From contig JBJMTX010000021.1 in assembly GCA_045811485.1 (NCBI GenBank), forward strand, positions 18,570 to 82,569: a stretch of DNA of 64,000 nt, in the 5' to 3' direction. Below the pieces are notes generated by a model that saw only the letters and a program-made list of their open reading frames with translations, ran no database searches and was not told where the DNA came from. Origin of the DNA: Allosphingosinicella sp. (lineage in GTDB: Bacteria; Pseudomonadota; Alphaproteobacteria; Sphingomonadales; Sphingomonadaceae). Positions within the stretch are counted from its first letter, which is position 1. The number at the start of each line of letters is the position of its first letter. Made by a program: the position numbers and the translations under genes. Below, piece by piece: positions 54,980 to 64,000 of the stretch.

Positions 54980-56572
54980 CTACGCCGCGCTGGCCAGCTT
55001 ATAGTCCCGGTACTGCTCCCTCAGCGCCGTCTTGAGCAGCTTGCCGGTCGCGGTGTGGGGGAGGCTGTCGACGAAGAGTATCTCGTCGGGGAGCCACCAG
55101 CGGGCGACGCAGCCGGAGAGGTGGTCGAGGATCTGCTGCGGAGTGACGTCCGAGCCCGTCTTCCTCACCACCAGGAGGATCGGCCTTTCGTCCCACTTGG
55201 GGTGCCTGACCCCGACCGCCGCCGCCTCGGCGACGCCCGCGCAGCCTACCGCGGCGTTTTCGAGGTCGATCGAGCTGATCCATTCGCCGCCCGACTTGAT
55301 CACGTCCTTCGAGCGGTCGGTGATCTGGAGGACTCCATCGGGGTGGAGCGCAGCGACGTCGCCGGTGTCGAACCAGCTCTCCTCGTCGATCGAGTCGCCG
55401 GCTTCGTCCTGGAAATAGCGGCGGATGATCCACGCCCCGCGAGTCTGCAGGCGGCCCGAGCTCTTGCCGTCGCGGGGAAGGACCCTGCCCTCCTCGTCGA
55501 CGGTGCGGAGCTCGACTCCGAACGGCACCCGGCCCTGCTTGCAGAGCAGGTCGACGCGCTGCTCGCGGCCGAGCTCGTCCCAGTCGCCGCTGCCGGCGCC
55601 GACCGTTCCGAGCGGCGACATCTCGGTCATCCCCCAGGCGTGGCCGACGCGGATGCCCCGGTCCATGAACCATTCGATCATCGCCCGCGGCGCCGCCGAG
55701 CCGCCGATATGGACGGTGCCCAGCTTGCCGAGATCGGACCCGGTCGAATCGACATGGTTGATGAGGGCCAGCCAGACCGTCGGAACGCCGGCCGTGTGGG
55801 TCACGCCCTCCGCCTTCATCAGCTCGCACATCACCTCGGGCGTGTAATCGGCCGAGAAGACCATCTTCCCGCCCGCCATCGCCGTGCAGAAGGGAAGGCC
55901 CCAGCCGGCGGCGTGGAACATCGGAACCACCGGGAGAACCACCGAGCGGGCGGAGAGGTCGAAGACGTCGGGGCTCATCTGGACCATCGAATGGATCATC
56001 GCCGAGCGATGCTCGTAGAGCACGCCCTTGGGATTGCCGGTGGTCCCGCTCGTGTAGCAGAGCATCACCGGGTCGCGCTCGTCGCCCTCCAGCCAGCCAT
56101 AATCGGCGCTCTCGCCGGCGACGAGCGAATCGAACTCGCCATCGTCGAAGCAGATATAATGCTCGATGCTCGTCCAGCGCGGCTTGAGCCGCTCGACGAG
56201 CGGCGCGAAGGCCTTGTCGTAGAGCAGCACCCGATCCTCGGCATGGTTGGCGATGTAGACGAGCTGCTCGTCGAACAGGCGCGGGTTGATCGTGTGGATG
56301 ACGCCGCCCATCCCGATCGCGCCGTACCATGCGACGACGTGGCGGGCATGGTTCATCGCCAAGGTGCCGATGCGGTCGCCGGGCCTGAGATCGAGCCGCT
56401 CGAGCGCGCGGGCGAGCTTTCGCGAGTCGCGGGCGATTTCGGCCCAGTTCGTGCGCGCGGTCGTTCCGTCGGCGTAGCGGGAGACGAGCTCGCGCGTTCC
56501 GTGCTCGCGCGCCGCATGGTCGAGGATCCGCATGATCCTGAGCGGCCAGTCCTGCATCCCCCCGAGCATCAA
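54980..56572 (-). CDS. Acyl-CoA ligase (long-chain/medium-chain fatty acid-CoA ligase family)
   Basis: YTSGTTGNPKG, WGMTE, TGD and DRSKDVIKSGGEWISS motifs. Confidence 0.95.
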   Translation of the reverse strand: MMLGGMQDWPLRIMRILDHAAREHGTRELVSRYADGTTARTNWAEIARDSRKLARALERLDLRPGDRIGTLAMNHARHVVAWYGAIGMGGVIHTINPRLFDEQLVYIANHAEDRVLLYDKAFAPLVERLKPRWTSIEHYICFDDGEFDSLVAGESADYGWLEGDERDPVMLCYTSGTTGNPKGVLYEHRSAMIHSMVQMSPDVFDLSARSVVLPVVPMFHAAGWGLPFCTAMAGGKMVFSADYTPEVMCELMKAEGVTHTAGVPTVWLALINHVDSTGSDLGKLGTVHIGGSAAPRAMIEWFMDRGIRVGHAWGMTEMSPLGTVGAGSGDWDELGREQRVDLLCKQGRVPFGVELRTVDEEGRVLPRDGKSSGRLQTRGAWIIRRYFQDEAGDSIDEESWFDTGDVAALHPDGVLQITDRSKDVIKSGGEWISSIDLENAAVGCAGVAEAAAVGVRHPKWDERPILLVVRKTGSDVTPQQILDHLSGCVARWWLPDEILFVDSLPHTATGKLLKTALREQYRDYKLASAA

Positions 56573-56605
56573 CCCCTCCCTCCTCAGCGGGGCCAGTCTA
56601 TGCGG

Positions 56606-59600
56606 TCAGGAGACGAGCGCAAGCCGGGGCTGGGGCGCGACGGCGAGGCGCACCGCGGCGACTCCGTCCAGCCGCTCGATCCGGGCGGCGAGCTCGGCGT
56701 CGAGCCGGAAGTCGCGGCCGAGCACGAGGTCGGCCTCGCCACGGTCGATCGAGACTCGAAGCCGGAGCTCCCCCTGGCCGCCGCGCTCGGCCGATACGAG
56801 GGCGGCGAGACGGCCGATCGCGTCCGCCTCGTCCACGTCGACGATGAGCTGGAGGCGGGTTCGCCGCGACAGGCTCTCGAACAGCTGAAGCGACCGGATC
56901 GTGACTCGCGGCGTCTCTTCGCCCGGGCGGCGGTCGAGCTCGACCGTCAGGAGCGCGCAGGCGCCCGACTTGGCGGCGCTCTCGACCTGGGCGCAGGCAT
57001 CGTCGTCGAAGACGGTGGCGGCGAACTGGCCGGAGGAATCGGAGACGGTCGCCATCAGGTAGCGCCGGCCCCGGGCTGAGGTGCGCCAGCGCGCCTCCTC
57101 GACGAGCCCGGCCATCATCGCTCCGGTCCGGCCGCCGTCGGCCGGCGGCGGGAGCGAGGCCAGCGCGGCGAAGCTCCGCGCTCCGTGCGCCTCGGCGAGG
57201 TGGCGGTAGCGGTCGACCGGATGGGCGGAGAAATAGAAGCCGAACGATTCCTTCTCCGCCGCCATTCGCTGGGCGAGGCTCCAGGTCGCCGCCGCCGGCA
57301 TGCGGATCGGGACGACGTTCGATTCGCCCCCGCCGAACAGCCCGCCCTGGCCGCTCTCGCGGGCGTCGGCGGCGCTCGCGGCGTGGGCGAGCAGGGTCTC
57401 GGCCGCGGCGAAGACCGAGGCGCGGTTGGGATCGAGCGGATCGAACGCGCCGCCGCCGGCGAGGCTCTCGATCTGGCGCCGGTTGAGGAGGCGCGGATCG
57501 ACCCGCTCGGCGAAGTCGGCGAGCGACTTGAAGGGGCCTTCGGAGCGCCTTTCCTCGACCAGTTGCTCCATCGCCTTCTCGCCGACGCCCTTGAGCGCTC
57601 CGAGCGCGTAGCGGACCGCGAGCCCCTCCCCCGCCGCCTCGACCGCGAACTCGGCCTCGCTGGCGTTGATCGAGGGCGGGAGGCATTCGACCTCCATCCG
57701 CCGCATGTCGTCGACGAAGATCGCGAGCTTGTCGGTCTGGTGGATGTCGAAGCACATCGAGGCGGCGAAGAACTCGACCGGGTGGTGCGCCTTCAGCCAG
57801 GCCGTCTGGTAGGCGACGAGCGCGTAGGCGGCGGCGTGGCTCTTGTTGAAGCCGTAGCCGGCGAATTTGTCGATCAAGTCGAACAGTTCGTTTGCCTTGG
57901 CCGAGGGGATTTGGTTGACGCGCTCGCAGCCGGCGACGAATCCGGCGCGCTGGGCGTCCATCTCGGACTTGATCTTCTTGCCCATGGCGCGGCGGAGAAG
58001 GTCGGCCTCGCCGAGGCTGAAGCCGGCCAGCACCTTGGCCGCCTCCATCACCTGCTCCTGGTAGACGAAGATCCCGTACGTCTCCCTGAGCACGTTCTCG
58101 AGCAGGGGATGCGGGTAGGTGATGTCCTCGCGACCGTTCTTGCGGGCGCCGAAGGTCGGGATATTGTCCATCGGCCCCGGCCGGTAGAGCGAGACGAGGG
58201 CGATGATGTCCTCGAAGCAGGTCGGCTTCACCGCCGCCAGCGTTCGCCGCATGCCTTCGGATTCGAGCTGGAAGACCCCGACCGTCTCGCCGCGCTGGAG
58301 GAATTTGTAGACTTCGGCATCGTCCCATTCGAGCCGGTCGAGATCGACCACGACGCCGCGCCGGGCAAGCATCTGAACCGCCTTCTGGAGGACCGACAGG
58401 GTCTTGAGGCCGAGGAAGTCGAACTTCACCAGCCCGGCCGCCTCGACATATTTCATGTCGAACTGGGTGACCGGCATGTCCGAGCGCGGATCGCGGTAGA
58501 GCGGGACGAGCTTGTCGAGCGGCCGGTCGCCGATCACGACCCCGGCGGCGTGGGTCGAGGCGTGGCGCGGAAGGCCCTCGAGCTTCATCGCGAGGTCGAA
58601 CAGTCGGCGCACCTCCGGCTCGTTCTTATATTCCGCCGCGAGTTCGGAGACCCCGTTGAGGGCGCGATCGAGCGTCCAGGGATCGGTCGGATGGTTGGGG
58701 ATGAGCTTGGCGAGCCGATCGACCTGGCCGTAGGGCATCTGGAGCACCCGGCCGGTATCCTTGAGCACGGCCCTCGCCTTCAGCTTCCCGAAGGTGATGA
58801 TCTGGGCGACCTTGTCGGTGCCGTAGCGCTGCTGGACGTAGCGAATGACCTCGCCTCGCCGGGTCTCGCAGAAATCGATGTCGAAGTCCGGCATCGACAC
58901 TCGCTCGGGATTGAGGAAGCGCTCGAACAGCAGGCCGAGGCGGATCGGATCGAGATCGGTGATGGTGAGCGCCCAGGCGACCACCGAGCCGGCGCCCGAG
59001 CCGCGGCCGGGGCCGACGGGAATGTCGTTCTCCTTGGCCCATTTGATGAAGTCGGCGACGATCAGGAAATAGGCGGAAAAGCCCATTCGGACGATGATGT
59101 CGGCCTCGTAATCGAGCCGGTCGAAATAGGCCTTGCGCTCTGCCTCCGGAAGGTTCGCGTAGCGGGCGAGCCGCGCTTCGAGCCCGGCCCGGGCATCGCG
59201 GCGAAGCTGCTCGGCTTCGGCGTCGGTATCGCCGGCGATGCTGGGGAGGATCGGCTTGCGCTTGGGCGCTCCGAACGCGCAGCGGCGCGCGACGATTCCG
59301 CTATTCTCGATCGCCTCGGGCAGATCGGCGAACAGCCGGCGCATCTCGACCGCCGGCTTCAGCCAGGCTTCGGGCGAGGAGCGGACTCGGTCGTCGCGGT
59401 CGAGCTGGCTCGACTGGGCGATGCACAGCATCGCGTCGTGCGCCTGATGGAAGGAAGCGTCGGCATAGGCGGCAGGGTTGGTCGCCACGAGCGGCAAATC
59501 GTGCTCGTAGGCGAGCGCGAGCAGGCGCGGCTCCGCCCGGGTCTCGACATTATCCCCGCGGCGGCTGAGCTCGATATAGAATCGGCCGGGGAAGAGCGAT

Positions 59601-60085
59601 TTCAGCCGCTCCAATATGTCGGCGGCCGCGCTCTCCTGCTCCTCGGCGAGAAGGCGGGCGAGCGCCCCCTCACCGCCCCCGCTCAGCGCGATCAGGCCCT
59701 CGCTTCGCCCGTCGAGCGCCTCGAGGCTGACATGGGCCGGCTCCTCGACCGGCCGGCCGAGATGGGCGGCGGAGACGAGGGTGCACAGATTGTCGTAGCC
59801 GCGATCGTTCTGGGCATAGAGGGCGAGCCAGTCGAGCGGCGGCTGGTTGCCGCCATGGGCACCGGGCCGCGCCACCGCCAGCATCGTCCCGACGATCGGC
59901 TGAACCCCCGCCTCGCGGCAGGCATCGGTGAACGCCATGGCGGCGTAGAGGCCGTTGCGATCGGTGAGCGCGGCGGCCGGGAAATCGAGCCTTTTCGCAT
60001 GCTTGGCGATCGCCTTCGGCTCGATCGCGCCTTCCAGCATCGTGTAGCTCGAGAAGATTCGCAGGGGAACGTAGGGGCCGGCCAT
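56606..60085 (-). CDS. dnaE: DNA polymerase III alpha subunit
   Basis: PHP domain; GPGRGSGAGS, PDFDIDF and KFDFLGL motifs; start MAGPYVPL. Confidence 0.98.
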   Translation of the reverse strand: MAGPYVPLRIFSSYTMLEGAIEPKAIAKHAKRLDFPAAALTDRNGLYAAMAFTDACREAGVQPIVGTMLAVARPGAHGGNQPPLDWLALYAQNDRGYDNLCTLVSAAHLGRPVEEPAHVSLEALDGRSEGLIALSGGGEGALARLLAEEQESAAADILERLKSLFPGRFYIELSRRGDNVETRAEPRLLALAYEHDLPLVATNPAAYADASFHQAHDAMLCIAQSSQLDRDDRVRSSPEAWLKPAVEMRRLFADLPEAIENSGIVARRCAFGAPKRKPILPSIAGDTDAEAEQLRRDARAGLEARLARYANLPEAERKAYFDRLDYEADIIVRMGFSAYFLIVADFIKWAKENDIPVGPGRGSGAGSVVAWALTITDLDPIRLGLLFERFLNPERVSMPDFDIDFCETRRGEVIRYVQQRYGTDKVAQIITFGKLKARAVLKDTGRVLQMPYGQVDRLAKLIPNHPTDPWTLDRALNGVSELAAEYKNEPEVRRLFDLAMKLEGLPRHASTHAAGVVIGDRPLDKLVPLYRDPRSDMPVTQFDMKYVEAAGLVKFDFLGLKTLSVLQKAVQMLARRGVVVDLDRLEWDDAEVYKFLQRGETVGVFQLESEGMRRTLAAVKPTCFEDIIALVSLYRPGPMDNIPTFGARKNGREDITYPHPLLENVLRETYGIFVYQEQVMEAAKVLAGFSLGEADLLRRAMGKKIKSEMDAQRAGFVAGCERVNQIPSAKANELFDLIDKFAGYGFNKSHAAAYALVAYQTAWLKAHHPVEFFAASMCFDIHQTDKLAIFVDDMRRMEVECLPPSINASEAEFAVEAAGEGLAVRYALGALKGVGEKAMEQLVEERRSEGPFKSLADFAERVDPRLLNRRQIESLAGGGAFDPLDPNRASVFAAAETLLAHAASAADARESGQGGLFGGGESNVVPIRMPAAATWSLAQRMAAEKESFGFYFSAHPVDRYRHLAEAHGARSFAALASLPPPADGGRTGAMMAGLVEEARWRTSARGRRYLMATVSDSSGQFAATVFDDDACAQVESAAKSGACALLTVELDRRPGEETPRVTIRSLQLFESLSRRTRLQLIVDVDEADAIGRLAALVSAERGGQGELRLRVSIDRGEADLVLGRDFRLDAELAARIERLDGVAAVRLAVAPQPRLALVS

Positions 60086-60434
60086 CCCGCCTTTATGGTT
60101 GCAAGCCCGCGGGGAGGAAAGCGGCGAGCGTCGGGTTTTCCACATCTAATCCGCCGACGAGCAAGAAAGACGCCATAGTGCATACCCGCGATGGCGTCGA
60201 TCAGTCCAGTCCGGATGAAAGTTACCCAGCAATTACTGTTCTTTATCCCTTATCCGGTCGGTAATACTCCAATCTGGTTTAATCTAACTCGACAAAACCG
60301 AGCCGCGTGATCTCAGTCACGCCGATCTCGTTCCTATCATCGTCATTATCCGTGGGTGAGATGTTACTACATTCTCGCGCCTGAGGGGGGATAATTTCGC
60401 TTAGGTTCAACCGATACACATAGGGAGATTCATC

Positions 60435-61334
60435 ATGTACTTTATCAAATCGGCCACCGGCCGAATGCCCCGCCGCCGCCTCGCCGGCGCCTCGTGGCTT
60501 GCCTTGGCGGCCGTAGGGCTGCCGCTCGCCGCGATGTCGCCCGCGAGCCTGGCCCAGGAGCGGGCTGCCGCACAGGCTCCAGCCGCCCGGGCAATCGCCC
60601 CGGACGCGCAGGGCGCCGTCGACCTTCAGGCGACTCTGCCGCCTCCGGGCAAGTGCGTGGCGCCGCCGCCGGACATGGACGCCTGGTACCCGTTCGACGG
60701 CAACGGGAACGATCTCATCCTGGGCAAGAACGCGACCGCAAGCGGCTCCGTCACCTTCCCCGGCGCGGTCGTCCAGCAAGGCGGACTGCTCCTCGCGCCG
60801 AACAGCTATTTCTCGATCGCTGCGGGACCGGTGCTGAACCAGGGTCTCGGCGATTTCTCGATCGACATGTGGCTGTATGTGCCCCCGCACTGGCTGCCGG
60901 GACCCCATCCGGTGCGCACCCTGATCGAGAAACGCACGAACGCCGCCGGCAACGCCCGCGGCTACAGCCTGTTCGTCTACAACAGCCGGATCGGGCTGCA
61001 GCTCGGGGACGGGACCTTCACCAATTACGGGCAGGTGCCGGCCTCCGCCGCTCTAACCCCGGGGTGGAATCACATCGCCGTCACCGTCGACAGGGACAAT
61101 CCCAAGGGGATCGTCTTCTATCGCAACGCGGCGATCACCGACACGGGGGATCCGACCAACCATCAGGGCAATCTCGACAACACGTCCCCGACGCTGATCG
61201 GCCGGAACGCCTTCGGCGACGGCGGCACCAGCGAGAGGGCGATCTTCGACGAGATCGAATTCTTCGACCGGGTGCTCCAGCCCGCGGAGATCAAGGCGAT
61301 CTACGGAGCCGGCCGCGCCGGCAAGTGCAAGTAA
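60435..61334 (+). CDS. Secreted LamG/concanavalin-A-like domain protein
   Basis: Signal peptide; WYPFDGNGND, FSIDMW, WNHIAVT and FDEIEFFDRVL...EI motifs. Confidence 0.85.
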   Translation: MYFIKSATGRMPRRRLAGASWLALAAVGLPLAAMSPASLAQERAAAQAPAARAIAPDAQGAVDLQATLPPPGKCVAPPPDMDAWYPFDGNGNDLILGKNATASGSVTFPGAVVQQGGLLLAPNSYFSIAAGPVLNQGLGDFSIDMWLYVPPHWLPGPHPVRTLIEKRTNAAGNARGYSLFVYNSRIGLQLGDGTFTNYGQVPASAALTPGWNHIAVTVDRDNPKGIVFYRNAAITDTGDPTNHQGNLDNTSPTLIGRNAFGDGGTSERAIFDEIEFFDRVLQPAEIKAIYGAGRAGKCK

Positions 61335-61341
61335 GGGCTTT

Positions 61342-61369
61342 GCCCCCGGCCGGGAGATCGGCCGGGGGC
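61342..61369. terminator. GC hairpin between convergent genes
   Basis: GCCCCCGGCCG-GGAGAT-CGGCCGGGGGC, perfect 11-bp stem. Confidence 0.65.
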
Positions 61370-61377
61370 GACCCGTT

Positions 61378-62307
61378 TCATTGCCCGGCGGCGATGCTTC
61401 TGAGCTCCGCCACGCGCGCCGTATAGGCCGCCGCGACGCAATCCTCGCTTCCGCATCGCTCGCGGCTCGCCAGGAAGGCGTCGCGGCTTCGCCGCAGGTG
61501 GGCCCGGGTGCCCGGGTCGGCATCGGCGAGCAGGGCATAGAAGAGCGAGGCCATTTCCCGATCCTTGGCGGCCAGAACGGGCGAACCGCAGACCATCCGC
61601 TCGGTGCTCGTCCTGGCATAGCGGCAGTTGAAGCTCGGCCGAGCGGTCACCCGCAGCGGCTGCGGGGACGCCGTCTCGACCTTTGGCTTCGGCGGGGACG
61701 TGGCCTGCGGCCGCGCGGGCGTGGCCTGCGGCATTTCCGACGCCGCTGGCACAGGCGTTGCTGCGGCCGGCGCGGCGGGGGGAGCTTGGTGCACCGCGGC
61801 GATCTTCGGCATCGGCTGGCCTCGAAGACCCACCGCCGCCAGCCGGTAAATGATCGGCTCGGCGCCATCCATCTCGTAGACGAGCCCGCTGCCGTCGAGG
61901 GCCGCCTGGGCCGCATATTCGACGTTGGCCGTCAGCCGCCGCTCGCCATCGAAGGCGCTCTCGGCGCCGGGCGGAAGCTCGATGACGAAGCGGCCGGTGC
62001 AGACGGTGATGTTGAGAGTCTCGTCGCGGCTCTTCACCACCGGGTCTTCCATTCGCACCACCGTTTCGGCCGCGAGCGGATCGAGATTGCGCGGGTCGCC
62101 TTTGCGGATTCGCGTCGCTTCGTCGAAAACGAGCTCCTTAAGCCGTTCGTAGGTGCCCGTAGACGCGCAGGCGCGGCGGATACGCTCGTGCTGGGCGGCG
62201 AGAAGCTGCTCGCGGCTCTCCGTCGCCGGAGTCTCCTTCTTCTTCATCCAATTGCAGCCGCCAAGCAGCATGGCCGTACCGACGATGATCAACAGGATCC
62301 TGGACAT
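61378..62307 (-). CDS. Lipoprotein with a C-terminal LprI-like domain
   Basis: Lipobox LLGGC; PSFNC...E.MVC...L...D and RERC...C motifs. Confidence 0.8.
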   Translation of the reverse strand: MSRILLIIVGTAMLLGGCNWMKKKETPATESREQLLAAQHERIRRACASTGTYERLKELVFDEATRIRKGDPRNLDPLAAETVVRMEDPVVKSRDETLNITVCTGRFVIELPPGAESAFDGERRLTANVEYAAQAALDGSGLVYEMDGAEPIIYRLAAVGLRGQPMPKIAAVHQAPPAAPAAATPVPAASEMPQATPARPQATSPPKPKVETASPQPLRVTARPSFNCRYARTSTERMVCGSPVLAAKDREMASLFYALLADADPGTRAHLRRSRDAFLASRERCGSEDCVAAAYTARVAELRSIAAGQ

Positions 62308-62366
62308 CGAGCGCCAACGCGGGAAGCGCCGCATCTTTCCCGATCGGTCTCGTCAGTGTGTCGACG

Positions 62367-63038
62367 TCACTCGAGAATGCCCTCGTGAAGCCGGAGCACG
62401 CGGTCCATCTTGGCGGCGATCCGCTCGTTATGGGTGGCGACCAAGGCCGCGCTCCCTTCGTCGCGGACGAGCCGAAGGAACTCGGCGAAGACGATGTCGG
62501 CGGTCGCCTCGTCGAGATTGCCGGTGGGCTCGTCGGCGAGCACGAGGGGCGGACGGTTGGCGAGCGCACGGGCGACGGCGACCCGCTGCTGCTCGCCGCC
62601 GGACAATTTGCTCGGCCGGTGGGCGAGGCGATCGGCAAGGCCCAGCGTTCCGAGAAGCGAGCGGGCGCGCTCGTCGGCCTCGGCGCGCGACGCGCCGTGG
62701 ACGAGCTGGGGGAGGACGACATTCTCCATCGCCGTGAAATCCGGGAGGAGGTGGTGGAACTGGTAGACGAAGCCGAGCGCGTCGCGCCGCACCCGGGTCC
62801 GCTCGCCGTCGCTCAGGGTCGCCGCTTCCTCGCCGATGATGCGGATCGATCCCTGGAAGCCGCCCTCGAGCAGGCCGACCGCCTGGAGCAGGGTCGACTT
62901 GCCCGAGCCCGACGGTCCGAGCAGAGCCACGATCTCGCCCCGGCGGACGTCGAGATCGACCCCGCGCAGCACCTCGATCGTCACCCCGCCCTGCCGGAAG
63001 CTGCGCTGAAGGCCCCGGACCTCGAGCACCTCATTCAT
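62367..63038 (-). CDS. lolD: Lipoprotein release ATP-binding protein LolD
   Basis: [17 protein letters not shown] and ADEPTGNLD motifs; follows lolC/E. Confidence 0.95.
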   Translation of the reverse strand: MNEVLEVRGLQRSFRQGGVTIEVLRGVDLDVRRGEIVALLGPSGSGKSTLLQAVGLLEGGFQGSIRIIGEEAATLSDGERTRVRRDALGFVYQFHHLLPDFTAMENVVLPQLVHGASRAEADERARSLLGTLGLADRLAHRPSKLSGGEQQRVAVARALANRPPLVLADEPTGNLDEATADIVFAEFLRLVRDEGSAALVATHNERIAAKMDRVLRLHEGILE

Positions 63039-64000
63039 AGCGGAGCACCTGCACCGGATCGGTGCTCGCCGCCTTCCAGGCCGGATAGAGCGTCGCCAGG
63101 AAGCTCAGAACGAACGCCATGGTGACGATGGCGGCCACCTCGAACGGGTCGGTCTTGGACGGAAGCTCGGTCAGGAAGCGGATCGAGGGATCCCATAGAT
63201 TCTGGCCGGTGATGAGCTGGACGAAATTGACGAAGGGCTGGCGGAAGTAGAGCAGCAGCGCGCCGAGCGCGAGGCCGGCGAGGATCCCGATCGTCCCGAT
63301 CGTCACGCCCACCGTCATGAAGACCTTCATCAGCCCTCGCCGGGTCGCGCCCATGGTTCGAAGGATGGCGATGTCGCGGGTCTTGGCGCGAACCAGCATG
63401 ATCAGCGAGGAGAGGATGTTGAACACGGCGACGAGGATGATGATCGAGAGGATGACGAACATCGCCACCCGCTCGACCTGAAGCGCCTCGAACAACGATG
63501 CGTTCATCGAGCGCCAGTCGGAGACGATGGCGCGGCCGCTGACGCTCGATCGAAGCGGCGCGAGGATCTCGCCGACCTTGTCGGCATTGACGGTCTGGAC
63601 CTCGACCATCCCGACCGAATCGCCCATCAGAAGCAGGGTCTGGGCGTCCTCGATCGGCATGATGACGAACGACTTGTCGTAATCGTAGACCCCGACCTCG
63701 AAGATGGCGACGACGTTGTAGGAGATGATCCGCGGGACGGTTCCGAACGGGGTCGTCCGACCCTCCGGGCTGATCAGGCTGATCTGGCCGCCGACATTGG
63801 CGCCGAGCGCCTCGGCCAGCCGGGCGCCGATCGCGACATTGCCGGAATTGGGCTGAAGCGCCTCGAGCGAGCCCGACAGCACCTTGCCCTTCAGCGTGTC
63901 GTTGCGAAGGATGTCCGAGCGTTCCATGCCGCGGACGAGAACGCCCTCGACCCGCCCCTCGTAGCTCACCATCAAGGGCTGCTCGATGAGCGGAAGCGCG
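63031..64000 (-). CDS. lolC: Lipoprotein release permease LolC/E (5' end is outside the window)
   Basis: [24 protein letters not shown] and LATLYPA.KAA motifs. Confidence 0.95.
   Translation of the reverse strand, partial: ALPLIEQPLMVSYEGRVEGVLVRGMERSDILRNDTLKGKVLSGSLEALQPNSGNVAIGARLAEALGANVGGQISLISPEGRTTPFGTVPRIISYNVVAIFEVGVYDYDKSFVIMPIEDAQTLLLMGDSVGMVEVQTVNADKVGEILAPLRSSVSGRAIVSDWRSMNASLFEALQVERVAMFVILSIIILVAVFNILSSLIMLVRAKTRDIAILRTMGATRRGLMKVFMTVGVTIGTIGILAGLALGALLLYFRQPFVNFVQLITGQNLWDPSIRFLTELPSKTDPFEVAAIVTMAFVLSFLATLYPAWKAASTDPVQVLRYE

Noticed and set aside
52-64000. Many long alternative-frame and antisense ORFs (for example 52..1452, 21603..24317, 50741..53674, 57185..60178)
   Set aside because: They are Arg/Gly/Pro-rich shadow frames of real genes, expected at this GC content, and carry no domain motifs.
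1-64000. tRNA and rRNA genes
   Set aside because: No cloverleaf (TTCGA T-loop with acceptor stem) or rRNA signature was recognised by eye; a tRNAscan run would be definitive.

Overview
High-GC alphaproteobacterial chromosome segment. Gene content and order point to Sphingomonadaceae (inference). Most of it is housekeeping: rimM-rpsP-ffh, dapF-mtaB-ftsY-yciB, a psp stress locus, rnpB, chpT with a cheAWYBR cluster, rluD-rpoH-mtgA, dnaX with SRP RNA, two cysteine desulfurases, polyamine genes, ispE, ETF-QO, dnaE and lolCD. The strongest unexplained structure is a dense population of about 14 palindromic repeats in several families, mostly CGTC-tagged REP-like dimers. They usually sit 0-7 nt from stop codons. 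Two are in frame inside mtaB, one is nested in another, and a related hairpin appears to expand helix P3 of RNase P RNA. A small GIY-YIG nuclease gene between chpT and cheA is bracketed by near-identical copies of one family, which makes it a candidate mobiliser analogous to RAYT/REP. Other candidates are a low-GC two-gene island (unknown ORF plus a degenerate ImmA/IrrE-like protein), a tandem array of five PspB/C-like paralogues, a probable AUU-initiated TPR gene, an ODC plus DHS-like polyamine module, and several unannotated small ORFs or sRNAs. All calls were made by eye; no searches were run.
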